The position numbers and the translations under genes are program-made. This document shows, in pieces, positions 26,563 to 36,112 of a DNA stretch of 63,828 nucleotides. The notes beneath the pieces were generated by a model. The model did no database searches. It had not been told where the DNA came from and saw only the letters and a program-made list of their open reading frames with translations. Every line of letters starts with the position of its first letter. Position 1 is the first letter of the stretch. This DNA is from a virus. Taxonomy: Duplodnaviria > Caudoviricetes. The stretch lies in IMG/VR virus record IMGVR_UViG_3300015370_000015, positions 1 to 63,828 of that record; one strand, written 5' to 3'.

Positions 26563-27638
26563 TTTTTAATATTCACTTTCAATATTCCAAATCTAGTGTT
26601 ACTAAATTCATGCAATATTTGCTCTAATAGTTCTTTTTCTTTTAATGAAAAATCTAACACCAACGAATCATGAATTAAGAAAGCTATTTTTGTTTTCTTG
26701 CCCTTCAATGATTTATGAATTTTACATGCCTGTTCTAAAAATATATCAGATGCAGTACTTTGTATTGTATTGTTTAGTGCTGTATTTAAATTAGCAACTA
26801 GTATTTTTCTTCCGAAAGGCGTTGTTATATATTCATTGTTATAATATTGATTCAATATCGTATCTCTATCATACAATAAATTTAATGTTTCATTTTGAGA
26901 GTTGAGGTTATAAAGCCAAGCATATACCATTTGTTTTGCTTTGTCTCTATTAACACCCAATTTTTCAGAATGCAACATATGAAGATCATCGTTGTATTGT
27001 TCTTTGTTCAATAAAGAAGTCAAAACTCTACACTCAAAGGCATTGTAGTCCAGTTCTATAAATAGTTCATTGTTTGGTCTTATTTTATGTCTTTTGTTTT
27101 TATTTAATGTCAATATTGGAAAACTGTTTTTGTGTGTTGTTAATCTTCCAGTCTTTGTTCCAAATGGATTATATTTCACACTTGTTTTATAATTCTCATA
27201 ATTTACTATATAATCATTTAAATCATTGGTCATTTTTAAAACATTTACAAGGTGATCGTGGTAAGAAGGTTTATTGTAATTTTCGAATACATGACCTATG
27301 ATTTTTTCCCTCAAAAACAACACTTTTTTGGTTGTTTTTAGTGGTAAGAATCGCGCTAAGGAATGATCCGAATAGGAAACCTTAGACTCAAACAAAGAAC
27401 GAATCTGAGCCTCAATTTTGGTATTTTTTTCAATAAAATTTGCTTTTAACTCTGGTGGACATATTTCCAATGGCGATTTTGCATTTGTGAATATCTTTGC
27501 ATACTCAATGTTGTTATAATTCCTTAATTCATTCGAATAATTCCAAGTTTGGAGTTTTGGAATGTTTATATTTAAATTTTTGTGGAAATTGTTGTCATAG
27601 TAGAATAGATTACTGAAAGTTTGGAAGATCATGCTCAC
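26544..27638 (-). CDS. minimal family-A DNA polymerase domain
   Basis: GTKTGRLT, motif A ELDYNAFECRVL, motif B RDKAKQMVYAWLY, TPFGR, N.TIQSTASD and motif C IHDS. No exonuclease domains. Confidence 0.8.
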   Translation of the reverse strand: MSMIFQTFSNLFYYDNNFHKNLNINIPKLQTWNYSNELRNYNNIEYAKIFTNAKSPLEICPPELKANFIEKNTKIEAQIRSLFESKVSYSDHSLARFLPLKTTKKVLFLREKIIGHVFENYNKPSYHDHLVNVLKMTNDLNDYIVNYENYKTSVKYNPFGTKTGRLTTHKNSFPILTLNKNKRHKIRPNNELFIELDYNAFECRVLTSLLNKEQYNDDLHMLHSEKLGVNRDKAKQMVYAWLYNLNSQNETLNLLYDRDTILNQYYNNEYITTPFGRKILVANLNTALNNTIQSTASDIFLEQACKIHKSLKGKKTKIAFLIHDSLVLDFSLKEKELLEQILHEFSNTRFGILKVNIKKWKNNY

Positions 27639-28717
27639 CTGGTATTAATGATGGATGAATTAAAAATATGATTTCCTAACTCTAACGGTTTCGTTTCATC
27701 ATTAATATAAAACAGTGCTCTATTTGTGTCAAGTGTTTTTTGTATCTCCAGCATGTATTTTGTTTTATTTTTAAGTTTGTGATCTGGCCAATTCCTATTT
27801 GTTTCAATTATGCGAACATAAAAAAGCAATTCTAACCAAAATGAATCATTGTCTACATCTTCAACTATTTGACGTGATATCTTCCTTGTTATTATTTTGT
27901 TGTTGCATAGTTGTGGAACATACAAACCTGGCATTGCTGTAATGTAAGAATTGTAAAATTGCTGCACCATGACTTTAAATGTTTCAAGTTCTATTTTAAA
28001 TGCCTTGTAGAAATAGGGTTCATCAAATAAATTTTTCTTTGAAAATTCATGATTTCTCATGTATGGTTCCATATATGGAGAATCAATATCTGCAATTATT
28101 CTCCAAGGGGAAAATATATCAACCATAAAGCCAAATGACAACGCAGACTCATGAAAAAACAAAAAATTTGGATCTTTAAGATATTTCATACTACTAAGAA
28201 ATTCATAACTTTGTCTTGAAAGACTAACTGATAAACCGCTAATAAAAGGTGATGTTTTACTAGATAAGCAAAATTGAGTTCTTGTAAATGGAAACGCAGG
28301 CTGTATTAATATTATGAATTTTTTAAATTCATTTACAAAGTTGTAAAAATCTTTAATTTGTTTGTGTTTTCCTAACATATAAATTTCAAAAAACTTTTTA
28401 TAAACTATTTGCATGTGGTCATGATATAATCTATTTATTCCAGTCCATCCATTCGCCGGAACCAATTTGGAATAAAGACCACTTTTTACTAATTTATTTT
28501 GTGAAGATTTTCTGTTATAAAATTCCAAAAGGTCTTCGAATGCATCTGCAACAAAGTTGAGCAACAAAATTGGATCATGTGATGAGCCAAATGATTTCAA
28601 ATATGTTTCTGAAGGAAATACGGAATTAAAATCATGATCAACTTTACCGTACAACAATGGCGTTTTGTAAGTATTCCAAAAATATTTAGATTTGCGTTCT
28701 AATTTATCACGCAGCAT
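27635..28717 (-). CDS. hypothetical protein (end of baseplate operon)
   Basis: 360-aa ORF with an AGGTG RBS. Confidence 0.65.
   Translation of the reverse strand: MLRDKLERKSKYFWNTYKTPLLYGKVDHDFNSVFPSETYLKSFGSSHDPILLLNFVADAFEDLLEFYNRKSSQNKLVKSGLYSKLVPANGWTGINRLYHDHMQIVYKKFFEIYMLGKHKQIKDFYNFVNEFKKFIILIQPAFPFTRTQFCLSSKTSPFISGLSVSLSRQSYEFLSSMKYLKDPNFLFFHESALSFGFMVDIFSPWRIIADIDSPYMEPYMRNHEFSKKNLFDEPYFYKAFKIELETFKVMVQQFYNSYITAMPGLYVPQLCNNKIITRKISRQIVEDVDNDSFWLELLFYVRIIETNRNWPDHKLKNKTKYMLEIQKTLDTNRALFYINDETKPLELGNHIFNSSIINTR
27704..27732 (-). promoter_or_regulatory. sigma70-type promoter for the replication module, embedded in the upstream gene
   Basis: Minus strand TTGACA-17 nt-TATATT, about 65 nt upstream of the PolA-like start. 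Confidence 0.6.
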
Positions 28718-28733
28718 TTGAAATCACCTTTAA

Positions 28734-31439
28734 CTAAAGACCAGCCCTGCCAGTCAAGTCAGCAACTCCTTGAGTTATATCTTCTCTGTCAACTCCTACA
28801 AACTCAGCAACCTCAAGACCTACTGCAACAGGTGGAAGAATTGTGGCTCCTTCTATTATATCACTAGCTAATTCTTTTCTGTTCCTGTTTTCTTGTCTTT
28901 CTTCCTCTTTTTCTACACTCGTTGGCTCACTTTGTTTTTCGGCCCAAGCCTCTTGACATTTTCTAGCATTTTCTTGTTCTTTTACATCATTTGCCCGTGA
29001 TTGTTTCAAGCTAGCAAGCCCAACTGGAATTGCTTTGATCGTTGTATTAAATATGCCTGAATAATCTATAGTATAATTGACTTGTGAAATATAATAATAG
29101 CCACCCAAGCCCAGTTGAGAATGTATTAATTTTCTTGTAACACTTGGATCGCCCATTGACATAATTGTTGGTTCGATGAATATTCTTTCAGTTGGTTTAA
29201 ATATCCCAGGTGTTCCATATAATACAAGCTCTGCATTATACATTTTTACAAAAGCTTTTCTTTGCAAGGTAGCAGCTGCTTGTAAATTTTGATCATCTTC
29301 TGCACTAAATTTAACATTTTTAAGCATACCTCTTTCACTACCAATTGAAACATGAAGCACACCACGCTTGATATCTTTTTCAACCTGGTCTTCATTGAAA
29401 CCTGTTTCGCCTAAATATGTAATACCATGAATGAATAAATATTCAAAAACAAACCTATCGTTTTCATTAGAACGCAATTTACTAGAAATAGATTGTATGC
29501 GTTCATCGTTTATAGTTTTTGGCACACCTTCTGGCACTGATAGAGTATTAGTTGCATACGTAATTGGGTCTATTGGTATTGTGTCGGTATATGAAAATTG
29601 TGTAATTTTAACAAATGAATATTCCGCTGTAACTTCTAAATTTCCATTAATAATCGGAACTAGAAATTCTTTTATAAAATCTTCCAAAACCATTCTAACA
29701 GGATACATATTAAGACCACTAACTTTTTTATGCCACCAAGCAATAAATGCATCGAATGAAATTGGTATTTTAGTTAAATCTATCGCAATAGGTTCACCAA
29801 TATTGCTTTCCAATATTATTGGACCCAATAAAACACGAACATTTTGCAAATCTGAATAGCTATATAACGCAGTAAATATTATATTCAAGAAATCTTCTAA
29901 AAAGAAAAACGTGAAGTCAAATTCCTTACCTTCTAATCTTGTTTCTGAAGAAGGTGCAGTTAAATAAGATGTCCCAGAATAAAGATGCGTTTCTGGAATT
30001 GTGCGCTTTATTGTTAGAAAAACGTCAGGCTCAATTAAAGTTACGTCTTCTAAAGCTTCATATGGAACCCTCATTTTAAATAATTTTGCATTTTCACTTA
30101 ATAACCATGGTAATGCAGCAATTCTAATATAATTAAGAGTATTTTTTACTTTTTCAAGCTCTGCTGCATTCATTTCATGAACTGAGCGTTTTTTAACATA
30201 TTCTTCACAATTTCCTTGTTTCGACAACGAATCCAATTCATTTTGACGAGTTGCTAATTTGTTTTCTGAATTATTAATGACCTTTTTATAATGTTCTACC
30301 ATTTTCCATCTATTATCTATTTCATCTCGCCCAACTTCTTCAATAATGCCTGATAAAAGTTCTTCAATATTCCCCAATTTATCAACTAATTGAAACACAT
30401 CTGCATCAGGTGAATTAATTACTCTGTCCAAACCACCTTGTAAACTTAATGATAGCGACAAAGAACCATCTTGCTTAACATCTAAATCATAGCCAACAAC
30501 ATCAAACAAGAATATAAGCCTCAATTTTTCTATTAAACTTATCAACTCAACATTGTTATTAGTCACTGGATCAACAACAGTACCAAACAAATCAGTTTTG
30601 TCTTCTGGCACATTCCACCCTATTACAACTTTAATTTGTTTTCTAATATTTGGTAAAGTATATCCCGGCATTAAATCAATAAATCTAGCATTTGCTCTAT
30701 CCATTTCAGCATGACTTAATGTTCTAAGCTTTTTTTTCTCATAATCTGTGATCACGTATTTAGTATGCTCTTCAAGATTTTCAATTGATGGCATTTCCCC
30801 TGGCAATGTTTCTTTATTAGTTTCCCCAAATTTATCCAACTCTTCACTTGTCCACGGCATATCACCCAACAAATCTTCAAAGCTTTGAAAAAATAATTCT
30901 AAATCAGCTTCAAACTGAGCATGTTTTGGGTCATGACTTATAGCACGCCACGTAATGTCAAGACTTTTAATTCCAACACCAGATCCTCTACCTCTCCCCG
31001 TTTCAGTTATTTGATCAACTGTTTTTGAACTTAAATAATCATCAAAGATAAGTGGTTGATCAGCCCATCTTTCATCATCTTTTGAAGCTAAAAATCTTTT
31101 ATGAATAAAAATTTTAATCATCGGAATCAATGCTGATATCTGTGCTGGTGTGAAATTCATAACATTGTGTGTGCCATCCAGCACGACAAATTTTTCAATT
31201 AATTCTAGCGGTTTAGAACTTTCAATAGATGTAAACTTTTGTTTTTGCAATTCAGCATTCAACCAACTTTCAGCTTCGAGCCGGTTAAAAGATGATGCTA
31301 TGTTATAAATTTCATCTCTAAAGAAATACAAAAAACCTTGCTTGGCTCTCAAAAGATCTTCGGGAGAAAAAGTAACAAAAGTTTTCGTATTTCCCCCCGT
31401 AGGAAATTCATCCACCTTAAAAACTGTATCATCAGCCAT
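28734..31439 (-). CDS. putative baseplate hub protein (gp27/gpD-like fold)
   Basis: 901 aa, positioned after the LysM/gp53-like gene. The C-terminal pattern Y.A.L..YG.P..F.P...I.I...LGLGGYY.I..V.Y.I...G.F.T.I.A is typical of hub proteins. Confidence 0.5.
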   Translation of the reverse strand: MADDTVFKVDEFPTGGNTKTFVTFSPEDLLRAKQGFLYFFRDEIYNIASSFNRLEAESWLNAELQKQKFTSIESSKPLELIEKFVVLDGTHNVMNFTPAQISALIPMIKIFIHKRFLASKDDERWADQPLIFDDYLSSKTVDQITETGRGRGSGVGIKSLDITWRAISHDPKHAQFEADLELFFQSFEDLLGDMPWTSEELDKFGETNKETLPGEMPSIENLEEHTKYVITDYEKKKLRTLSHAEMDRANARFIDLMPGYTLPNIRKQIKVVIGWNVPEDKTDLFGTVVDPVTNNNVELISLIEKLRLIFLFDVVGYDLDVKQDGSLSLSLSLQGGLDRVINSPDADVFQLVDKLGNIEELLSGIIEEVGRDEIDNRWKMVEHYKKVINNSENKLATRQNELDSLSKQGNCEEYVKKRSVHEMNAAELEKVKNTLNYIRIAALPWLLSENAKLFKMRVPYEALEDVTLIEPDVFLTIKRTIPETHLYSGTSYLTAPSSETRLEGKEFDFTFFFLEDFLNIIFTALYSYSDLQNVRVLLGPIILESNIGEPIAIDLTKIPISFDAFIAWWHKKVSGLNMYPVRMVLEDFIKEFLVPIINGNLEVTAEYSFVKITQFSYTDTIPIDPITYATNTLSVPEGVPKTINDERIQSISSKLRSNENDRFVFEYLFIHGITYLGETGFNEDQVEKDIKRGVLHVSIGSERGMLKNVKFSAEDDQNLQAAATLQRKAFVKMYNAELVLYGTPGIFKPTERIFIEPTIMSMGDPSVTRKLIHSQLGLGGYYYISQVNYTIDYSGIFNTTIKAIPVGLASLKQSRANDVKEQENARKCQEAWAEKQSEPTSVEKEEERQENRNRKELASDIIEGATILPPVAVGLEVAEFVGVDREDITQGVADLTGRAGL

Positions 31440-31461
31440 TATAAAAACCTACAAATTGAAA

Positions 31462-31809
31462 TTAACTATGAAACATTGACATTACTTTTTCTATTGGTAG
31501 CGGAATATAAACAATATCCCCAGGCTGCAATAGTGTTTCCACTGGCAATTGGTTATACCAAGCTATAATCCACCACAAATTAGATCTTTTGTGATAATAT
31601 TTATAAGCCAATTTATAATATCTATCGCCTAATTTCCAAATATGTGAAACTCTTGTTAGTTGTGTTATTTGACGAATAGATGGTTGTTTAAATGATGGAG
31701 TTACATATTGCTTAATGCGATTAATATTTCTATCGCTAAATAATTCTTTGTAAAAATTATCTTCATTTAAAAATATATTTCTTCCATTATATCTAGAAAT
31801 TAAACCCAT
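31462..31809 (-). CDS. baseplate wedge LysM-like protein (T4 gp53 / tail X-like)
   Basis: HIWKLGDRYYKLAYKYY....LWWIIAWYN......L.PGD.VYIP. Confidence 0.8.
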   Translation of the reverse strand: MGLISRYNGRNIFLNEDNFYKELFSDRNINRIKQYVTPSFKQPSIRQITQLTRVSHIWKLGDRYYKLAYKYYHKRSNLWWIIAWYNQLPVETLLQPGDIVYIPLPIEKVMSMFHS

Positions 31810-31824
31810 AATTAATCACTCCAG

Positions 31825-32586
31825 CTAAAAACTAAAGCCAACAACTTCATTAACTGTTCCTGTAATATCCTGAGCGGAAGCTTCTGCTTCTTTTGCGTGA
31901 ACATTATTTAATCCAGTTGTTATATTTTTTGTCGCAGCAGCTGTTTTGCTATCTTGTGCTTTTATATCATCTGCAGAGTGTAAACCATATGGAAATCCAA
32001 GCGTTCTAAACCCATAATTGCTCCAGCCCAATGGATGCACATGGAATACAGTAAATGCGCACGATAACGACACAACTTTCGGATATATCATATTTCCAGA
32101 GCCTTGGAACACACCATCATCAAGCTTTGGTTTATAGTTTACGCCATCGATTTTCCCAACAAGCCCAGAAGTCGCCACTGTTGATATAGCACCATTGCTG
32201 CTCATCTTAGAAACATCAGTTATTAAATTTACAAACTTTACTTTTATTAATGGAGCACTTGATATGCTTGTAGCACCACCAGCACCAGCAGAATAATTTG
32301 GATATGTCATTTTAATAAGTGTTTCAATCTCCTTCATATTGAAAAGAGCTTCTCCAAGACTAGCTGCGACCACATCCCACGAAAAACTAATTACTCTTTT
32401 TGTCCCTTGATAAATAGCGATTGGGTCTGAACGACCATATACATTTTCCTCATTCCAATTTGAAGTATAGTTATCTGAAAAATCAGTTATAAAAGCTTTA
32501 AATGTTGCAATTGTTGCAGAAGGAACGTGGAAAAATTCCAATTCCAACCCAGAGTTTTGCAGTGCTTGCGGAGCATTATAATACAT
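31825..32586 (-). CDS. tail tube initiator / baseplate-tube junction protein (gp48/gp54-like)
   Basis: FSDNYTSNW....VYGRSDP...YQGT.R.ISFSW, located directly after the tape measure gene. Confidence 0.7.
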   Translation of the reverse strand: MYYNAPQALQNSGLELEFFHVPSATIATFKAFITDFSDNYTSNWNEENVYGRSDPIAIYQGTKRVISFSWDVVAASLGEALFNMKEIETLIKMTYPNYSAGAGGATSISSAPLIKVKFVNLITDVSKMSSNGAISTVATSGLVGKIDGVNYKPKLDDGVFQGSGNMIYPKVVSLSCAFTVFHVHPLGWSNYGFRTLGFPYGLHSADDIKAQDSKTAAATKNITTGLNNVHAKEAEASAQDITGTVNEVVGFSF

Positions 32587-32604
32587 AATAAAAAAGGCCT
32601 CAAG

Positions 32605-35502
32605 TTAGCTGCCAGTGAAAGATCCAATTAATTCCACTGCCATTTTTTTCAAAGTTTTACCACCTAAACTCAAATCAATATTCATCATAGACCCGCCACC
32701 GCCGCCACCACCTCTTGCTTCCCTATCTTCTTTTAGCAATTCCCTCATTTCTGCAACAAAATCAACAGCGCTAGATGAAGATTTTTCAAGAATTTCTTTT
32801 TTAAGAACCAATATTCTTTCAATGTGTTCTGCCCCATCTGTATCAATCTCCCCAGATGCAGATGCAATATTTTCAACCATCTCAGAAGCAGATTCAAAAT
32901 TTCCCCTAGCCTTAGAATCCATAGATGCTACTGTGCCCAGTCCAGTCATAATATCACCAAGCGCAACAATGTCATCTGTTTTAATTGTCAACAAAGCTAC
33001 ACCCAACGCAACAACCGCTCCAGCCAAAGCAAATACTGCAAAAGCACCTTCAATAGAAGCATTACCCATAGCATTGAACATTGTGGTCAAAGATTCTATA
33101 AATGGCACCACTTCTACAAATGATTCCAATATGCTAGTAATACCTTGTGAAACTAATTGTACTATTGAGCCAATAGCTTTAGCTATCTCAGTAATATTTT
33201 GTGAAACTATCTCTACTATAGATCCAATTGCTTCAGCCATTTGGGTAATGCCTATAGTAGCTAAATATATTCCAGCCCCAACCGCAAGCATCGCTAAACC
33301 CAATACTATAAGACCTTTTGCGCCAGCTAGCGAAGCAAGCCCAACAGCAATAACAAGTACAACCATAAGCCCTAACGACCAAAGAAATGCATTTAAGTGC
33401 TCTGTATCTAAACTATTAATCGCTTCTACCATTTTGACAATACCTAAAGTGGCTAAATATATTCCAGCCCCAACCGCAATCATTGTTATGGCTAATACTA
33501 AAAGACCTTTTGCGCCAGCTAGCGAAGCAAGACCGATAGCAAGAACAAGTGCGACCATGAGCCCCAATGCCTGAAGGAATGCATTTAAGTGCTCTGTGTC
33601 TAATTTATTGATTGACTCTGCAAGTAAACTAATTCCATACGCAGCAATAAATATAGCTGCACCCACAGCCAAAGCAGCTACCGCAAATGATAAAATTGAT
33701 TTCCAAGCTCCACCAGCTGATTTACCAGCCTGTGCCATTCCTTTTGCGCCTTTTTTGGAACCTTCACCAGCTTGACCAGCAGCACTACCAGCCCCACTAG
33801 CAGCATCAGCAGCCTTTTTTGATTGCTCTGTTAAGCTGCTAAGTTGTGATGTTAAATTTTTAACATCACCGCCAAGTTTAGTTAATTGCATTGCAGCATT
33901 TGCCATTTGCCAAGTTTTCATTATCATAGTTAATTTAGCAATAACTGCAATACCAATTATAATATATGGCAAGAAGCCACCCATTTTATCATTTAATGAT
34001 GATATTCCTTGCATTAAATCCTTGAGAGAAGTAACTAAAGGCCTAATCTGAATGGCAAAATCACGCATTAGTATATTGAAGTCTTCTTGAACTGTCATTT
34101 GGTTTTTTGTCAACTCTTCTAACTCTTCAACAGACATACCAAGATCTTCTGCTCTTTTTTGCATTTCTTCTTCTTTTTCAGAAGCAGCCCCCAATTGATC
34201 ACCATAGACAGCAATAAATTCATTCCAGTTCTGAAACCCAGCCATCTCAGCAGCAAATTTTTTAAGTGGTGGAGACAAATTGTTCAAATCCATCCCTGCC
34301 CTACCAAAGCCTTCTCTCATTTTTTGGATTAGAACATCAGAGCCTTCAAAAGAGGATTGTAATAGTTCAAAGCCATCAAATAGTGGGCCACCAAGGACAG
34401 CATTTAGCTTTGCAGCTGTGCCAACAGCACCTTCCAATGTTTGGAATTTTTCTGCAGAAGCTGCCAATGAATCAATTGCAACACCAGTATTTTTTGAAGT
34501 AATTTCTAGATTTTTGAAAACTTCTATTGAGCGCTGACCGAATATTGAAATATGCCCTTGCATCTTTGCAAAATCTTCTGAAATTTCAGCAGCGCCTTTA
34601 CCAACAACGCTGCCAAGATTAACAAAACTTCGCATTACTTCGCCAGCTTCTGGCCCTGCCATGCGCATAGTTTTTGTTAAAAAGTTGAAATTTTGCGCAG
34701 ATGTTTCACTAGAAACACCCATTTTTTCTAGCATCGCAGTTGATGCAACTATTTCTTTCCTGGCAGCACCAGTCATATTTTGCAAATCAGCTGTTCGGTT
34801 TAACATTGTTGCCATGGATTTACCGGCATCTTCCATGCTTATCCCAGCATCATGATAATCTTCTTCTAAATTCATTAACTCTTTATCATATTTACCCATT
34901 GCCGCTGTTGCTTTATTGAAGTTAGAAATAGCCGTATCAGTCGCAAAAGCTAACATAATTGTCATTTCTTGCACTTTTAACAAAGAAGAGCCTAAAATAT
35001 TAGTTCCAATTGATGTAAGATTAATACTACCAAGTAAACTAGTAACACCTGCTTTTGTTTGAATAGCAGCGGAAAAACTTCCCAATAAGGTATTTCTCCA
35101 TTCACCAGTAACCCCAGCCATACGACTTAAACTACTGGTAAACACTTGTGAGCCATTAATGCTTTCATCTGTAATTGCTACATATTTTCTCATCCTAGCA
35201 AGTTTTTGCTCTTCAAGTGCAATTTGTTCTTTTGCTAATTCCGCATTTTCTCCATTCAGTTCAACTGACGATTTTAAAACATCTATTTCGCTTTCTTTTA
35301 AAAGCGCCATTTTTTCCATAAGAGATACTTCAAGAGCAACCTTTTCACCCTTGCTGGTAGCTAAGCTAATCAACTTTTCGTTATTAGCTATCTCATCCTT
35401 CAATAGATTAATTCTATTTGCTAATTGTGCTGCTCTTGTCTGGTTAGCTTTTATAATATCTTGAACTAACTTAAGACTTTCCGCCGTTGGATTATCAGCC
35501 AT
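32605..35502 (-). CDS. tape measure protein
   Basis: 965 aa, Ala/Gly-rich and helical, with hydrophobic segments and internal repeats. Located between the tail chaperone and tube initiator genes. Confidence 0.85.
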   Translation of the reverse strand: MADNPTAESLKLVQDIIKANQTRAAQLANRINLLKDEIANNEKLISLATSKGEKVALEVSLMEKMALLKESEIDVLKSSVELNGENAELAKEQIALEEQKLARMRKYVAITDESINGSQVFTSSLSRMAGVTGEWRNTLLGSFSAAIQTKAGVTSLLGSINLTSIGTNILGSSLLKVQEMTIMLAFATDTAISNFNKATAAMGKYDKELMNLEEDYHDAGISMEDAGKSMATMLNRTADLQNMTGAARKEIVASTAMLEKMGVSSETSAQNFNFLTKTMRMAGPEAGEVMRSFVNLGSVVGKGAAEISEDFAKMQGHISIFGQRSIEVFKNLEITSKNTGVAIDSLAASAEKFQTLEGAVGTAAKLNAVLGGPLFDGFELLQSSFEGSDVLIQKMREGFGRAGMDLNNLSPPLKKFAAEMAGFQNWNEFIAVYGDQLGAASEKEEEMQKRAEDLGMSVEELEELTKNQMTVQEDFNILMRDFAIQIRPLVTSLKDLMQGISSLNDKMGGFLPYIIIGIAVIAKLTMIMKTWQMANAAMQLTKLGGDVKNLTSQLSSLTEQSKKAADAASGAGSAAGQAGEGSKKGAKGMAQAGKSAGGAWKSILSFAVAALAVGAAIFIAAYGISLLAESINKLDTEHLNAFLQALGLMVALVLAIGLASLAGAKGLLVLAITMIAVGAGIYLATLGIVKMVEAINSLDTEHLNAFLWSLGLMVVLVIAVGLASLAGAKGLIVLGLAMLAVGAGIYLATIGITQMAEAIGSIVEIVSQNITEIAKAIGSIVQLVSQGITSILESFVEVVPFIESLTTMFNAMGNASIEGAFAVFALAGAVVALGVALLTIKTDDIVALGDIMTGLGTVASMDSKARGNFESASEMVENIASASGEIDTDGAEHIERILVLKKEILEKSSSSAVDFVAEMRELLKEDREARGGGGGGGSMMNIDLSLGGKTLKKMAVELIGSFTGS
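33230..33610. repeat. 192-bp (64-aa) tandem duplication in the tape measure gene
   Basis: INxLDTEHLNAFL..LGLMV.LV.A.GLASLAGAKGL.VL...M.AVGAGIYLAT.GI..M.EA occurs twice. GCATTTAAGTGCTCTGT recurs 192 bp apart. Confidence 0.85.
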
Positions 35503-35520
35503 TTTGCTTAAAATACCTCA

Positions 35521-35850
35521 TTATTTAAAGGGCCAAATTAAACCTGTTTCTTTTTCAAATTGCTTCACTGCTTTCTCAAGCTCATATTTATTATTGTATA
35601 ATTGTGGAGAATTTAAATTATGTTTTCGCAATGATTCTAAATATGTTCTTTCTCTTTCCAATGTTCTAGCAAATGTACTAACTTCATTACGTGTTCCACG
35701 AATTTTTACATTTGATAAATCCATTCCAGCCATAATTCTTGACAATATGGCTTGAATACTCCAACCAAACATTGTCAAAAAACTTTCATCCAATTGGCCA
35801 TTCTTGGCAACAGATAAATCAATTTCTATATTTAGCAATTCTTTATTCAT
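35521..35850 (-). CDS. hypothetical late protein
   Basis: 109 aa, with the ACTAGTTA motif and GGAGG upstream. Confidence 0.65.
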   Translation of the reverse strand: MNKELLNIEIDLSVAKNGQLDESFLTMFGWSIQAILSRIMAGMDLSNVKIRGTRNEVSTFARTLERERTYLESLRKHNLNSPQLYNNKYELEKAVKQFEKETGLIWPFK

Positions 35851-35905
35851 TAATTGTAAGCCTCCAGAAATTATTCTAATGATAACTAGTTAGAAATTAC
35901 TATTT

Positions 35906-36112
35906 TTAATAAGAAGAATTAGAAGGTTTGTTGGATGAAGCTTTTTTGATTGCTTCATTTTCACTTTCAATTTGTTTGGCTAGACGCTTTAGGAACCATT
36001 TTCTTAAGCCAATTGGTAAACTGTATACTTCCGTAAAAGACCAACCACCAAAATATTTCAATTGAAATATTTCTTCATACACAACTTTTTGAATATATTC
36101 ACTGTTTAGGCC
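35906..36112 (-). CDS. gp51-like tail/baseplate assembly chaperone C-terminal frame, probably reached by frameshift
   Basis: Not in the ORF track. Reads GLNSEYIQKVVYEEIFQLKYFGGWSFTEVYSLPIGLRKWFLKRLAKQIESENEAIKK. It has no ATG or RBS and begins right after a T7 run in the upstream gene. Confidence 0.75.
   Translation of the reverse strand, partial: GLNSEYIQKVVYEEIFQLKYFGGWSFTEVYSLPIGLRKWFLKRLAKQIESENEAIKKASSNKPSNSSY

Noticed and set aside
32615-33574. 319-aa plus-strand ORF, and similar antisense ORFs (9116..9532, 46526..46990, 4137..4472, 52738..53214 and others)
   Set aside because: They are antisense shadows of well-supported minus-strand genes, with no RBS or recognisable motifs.
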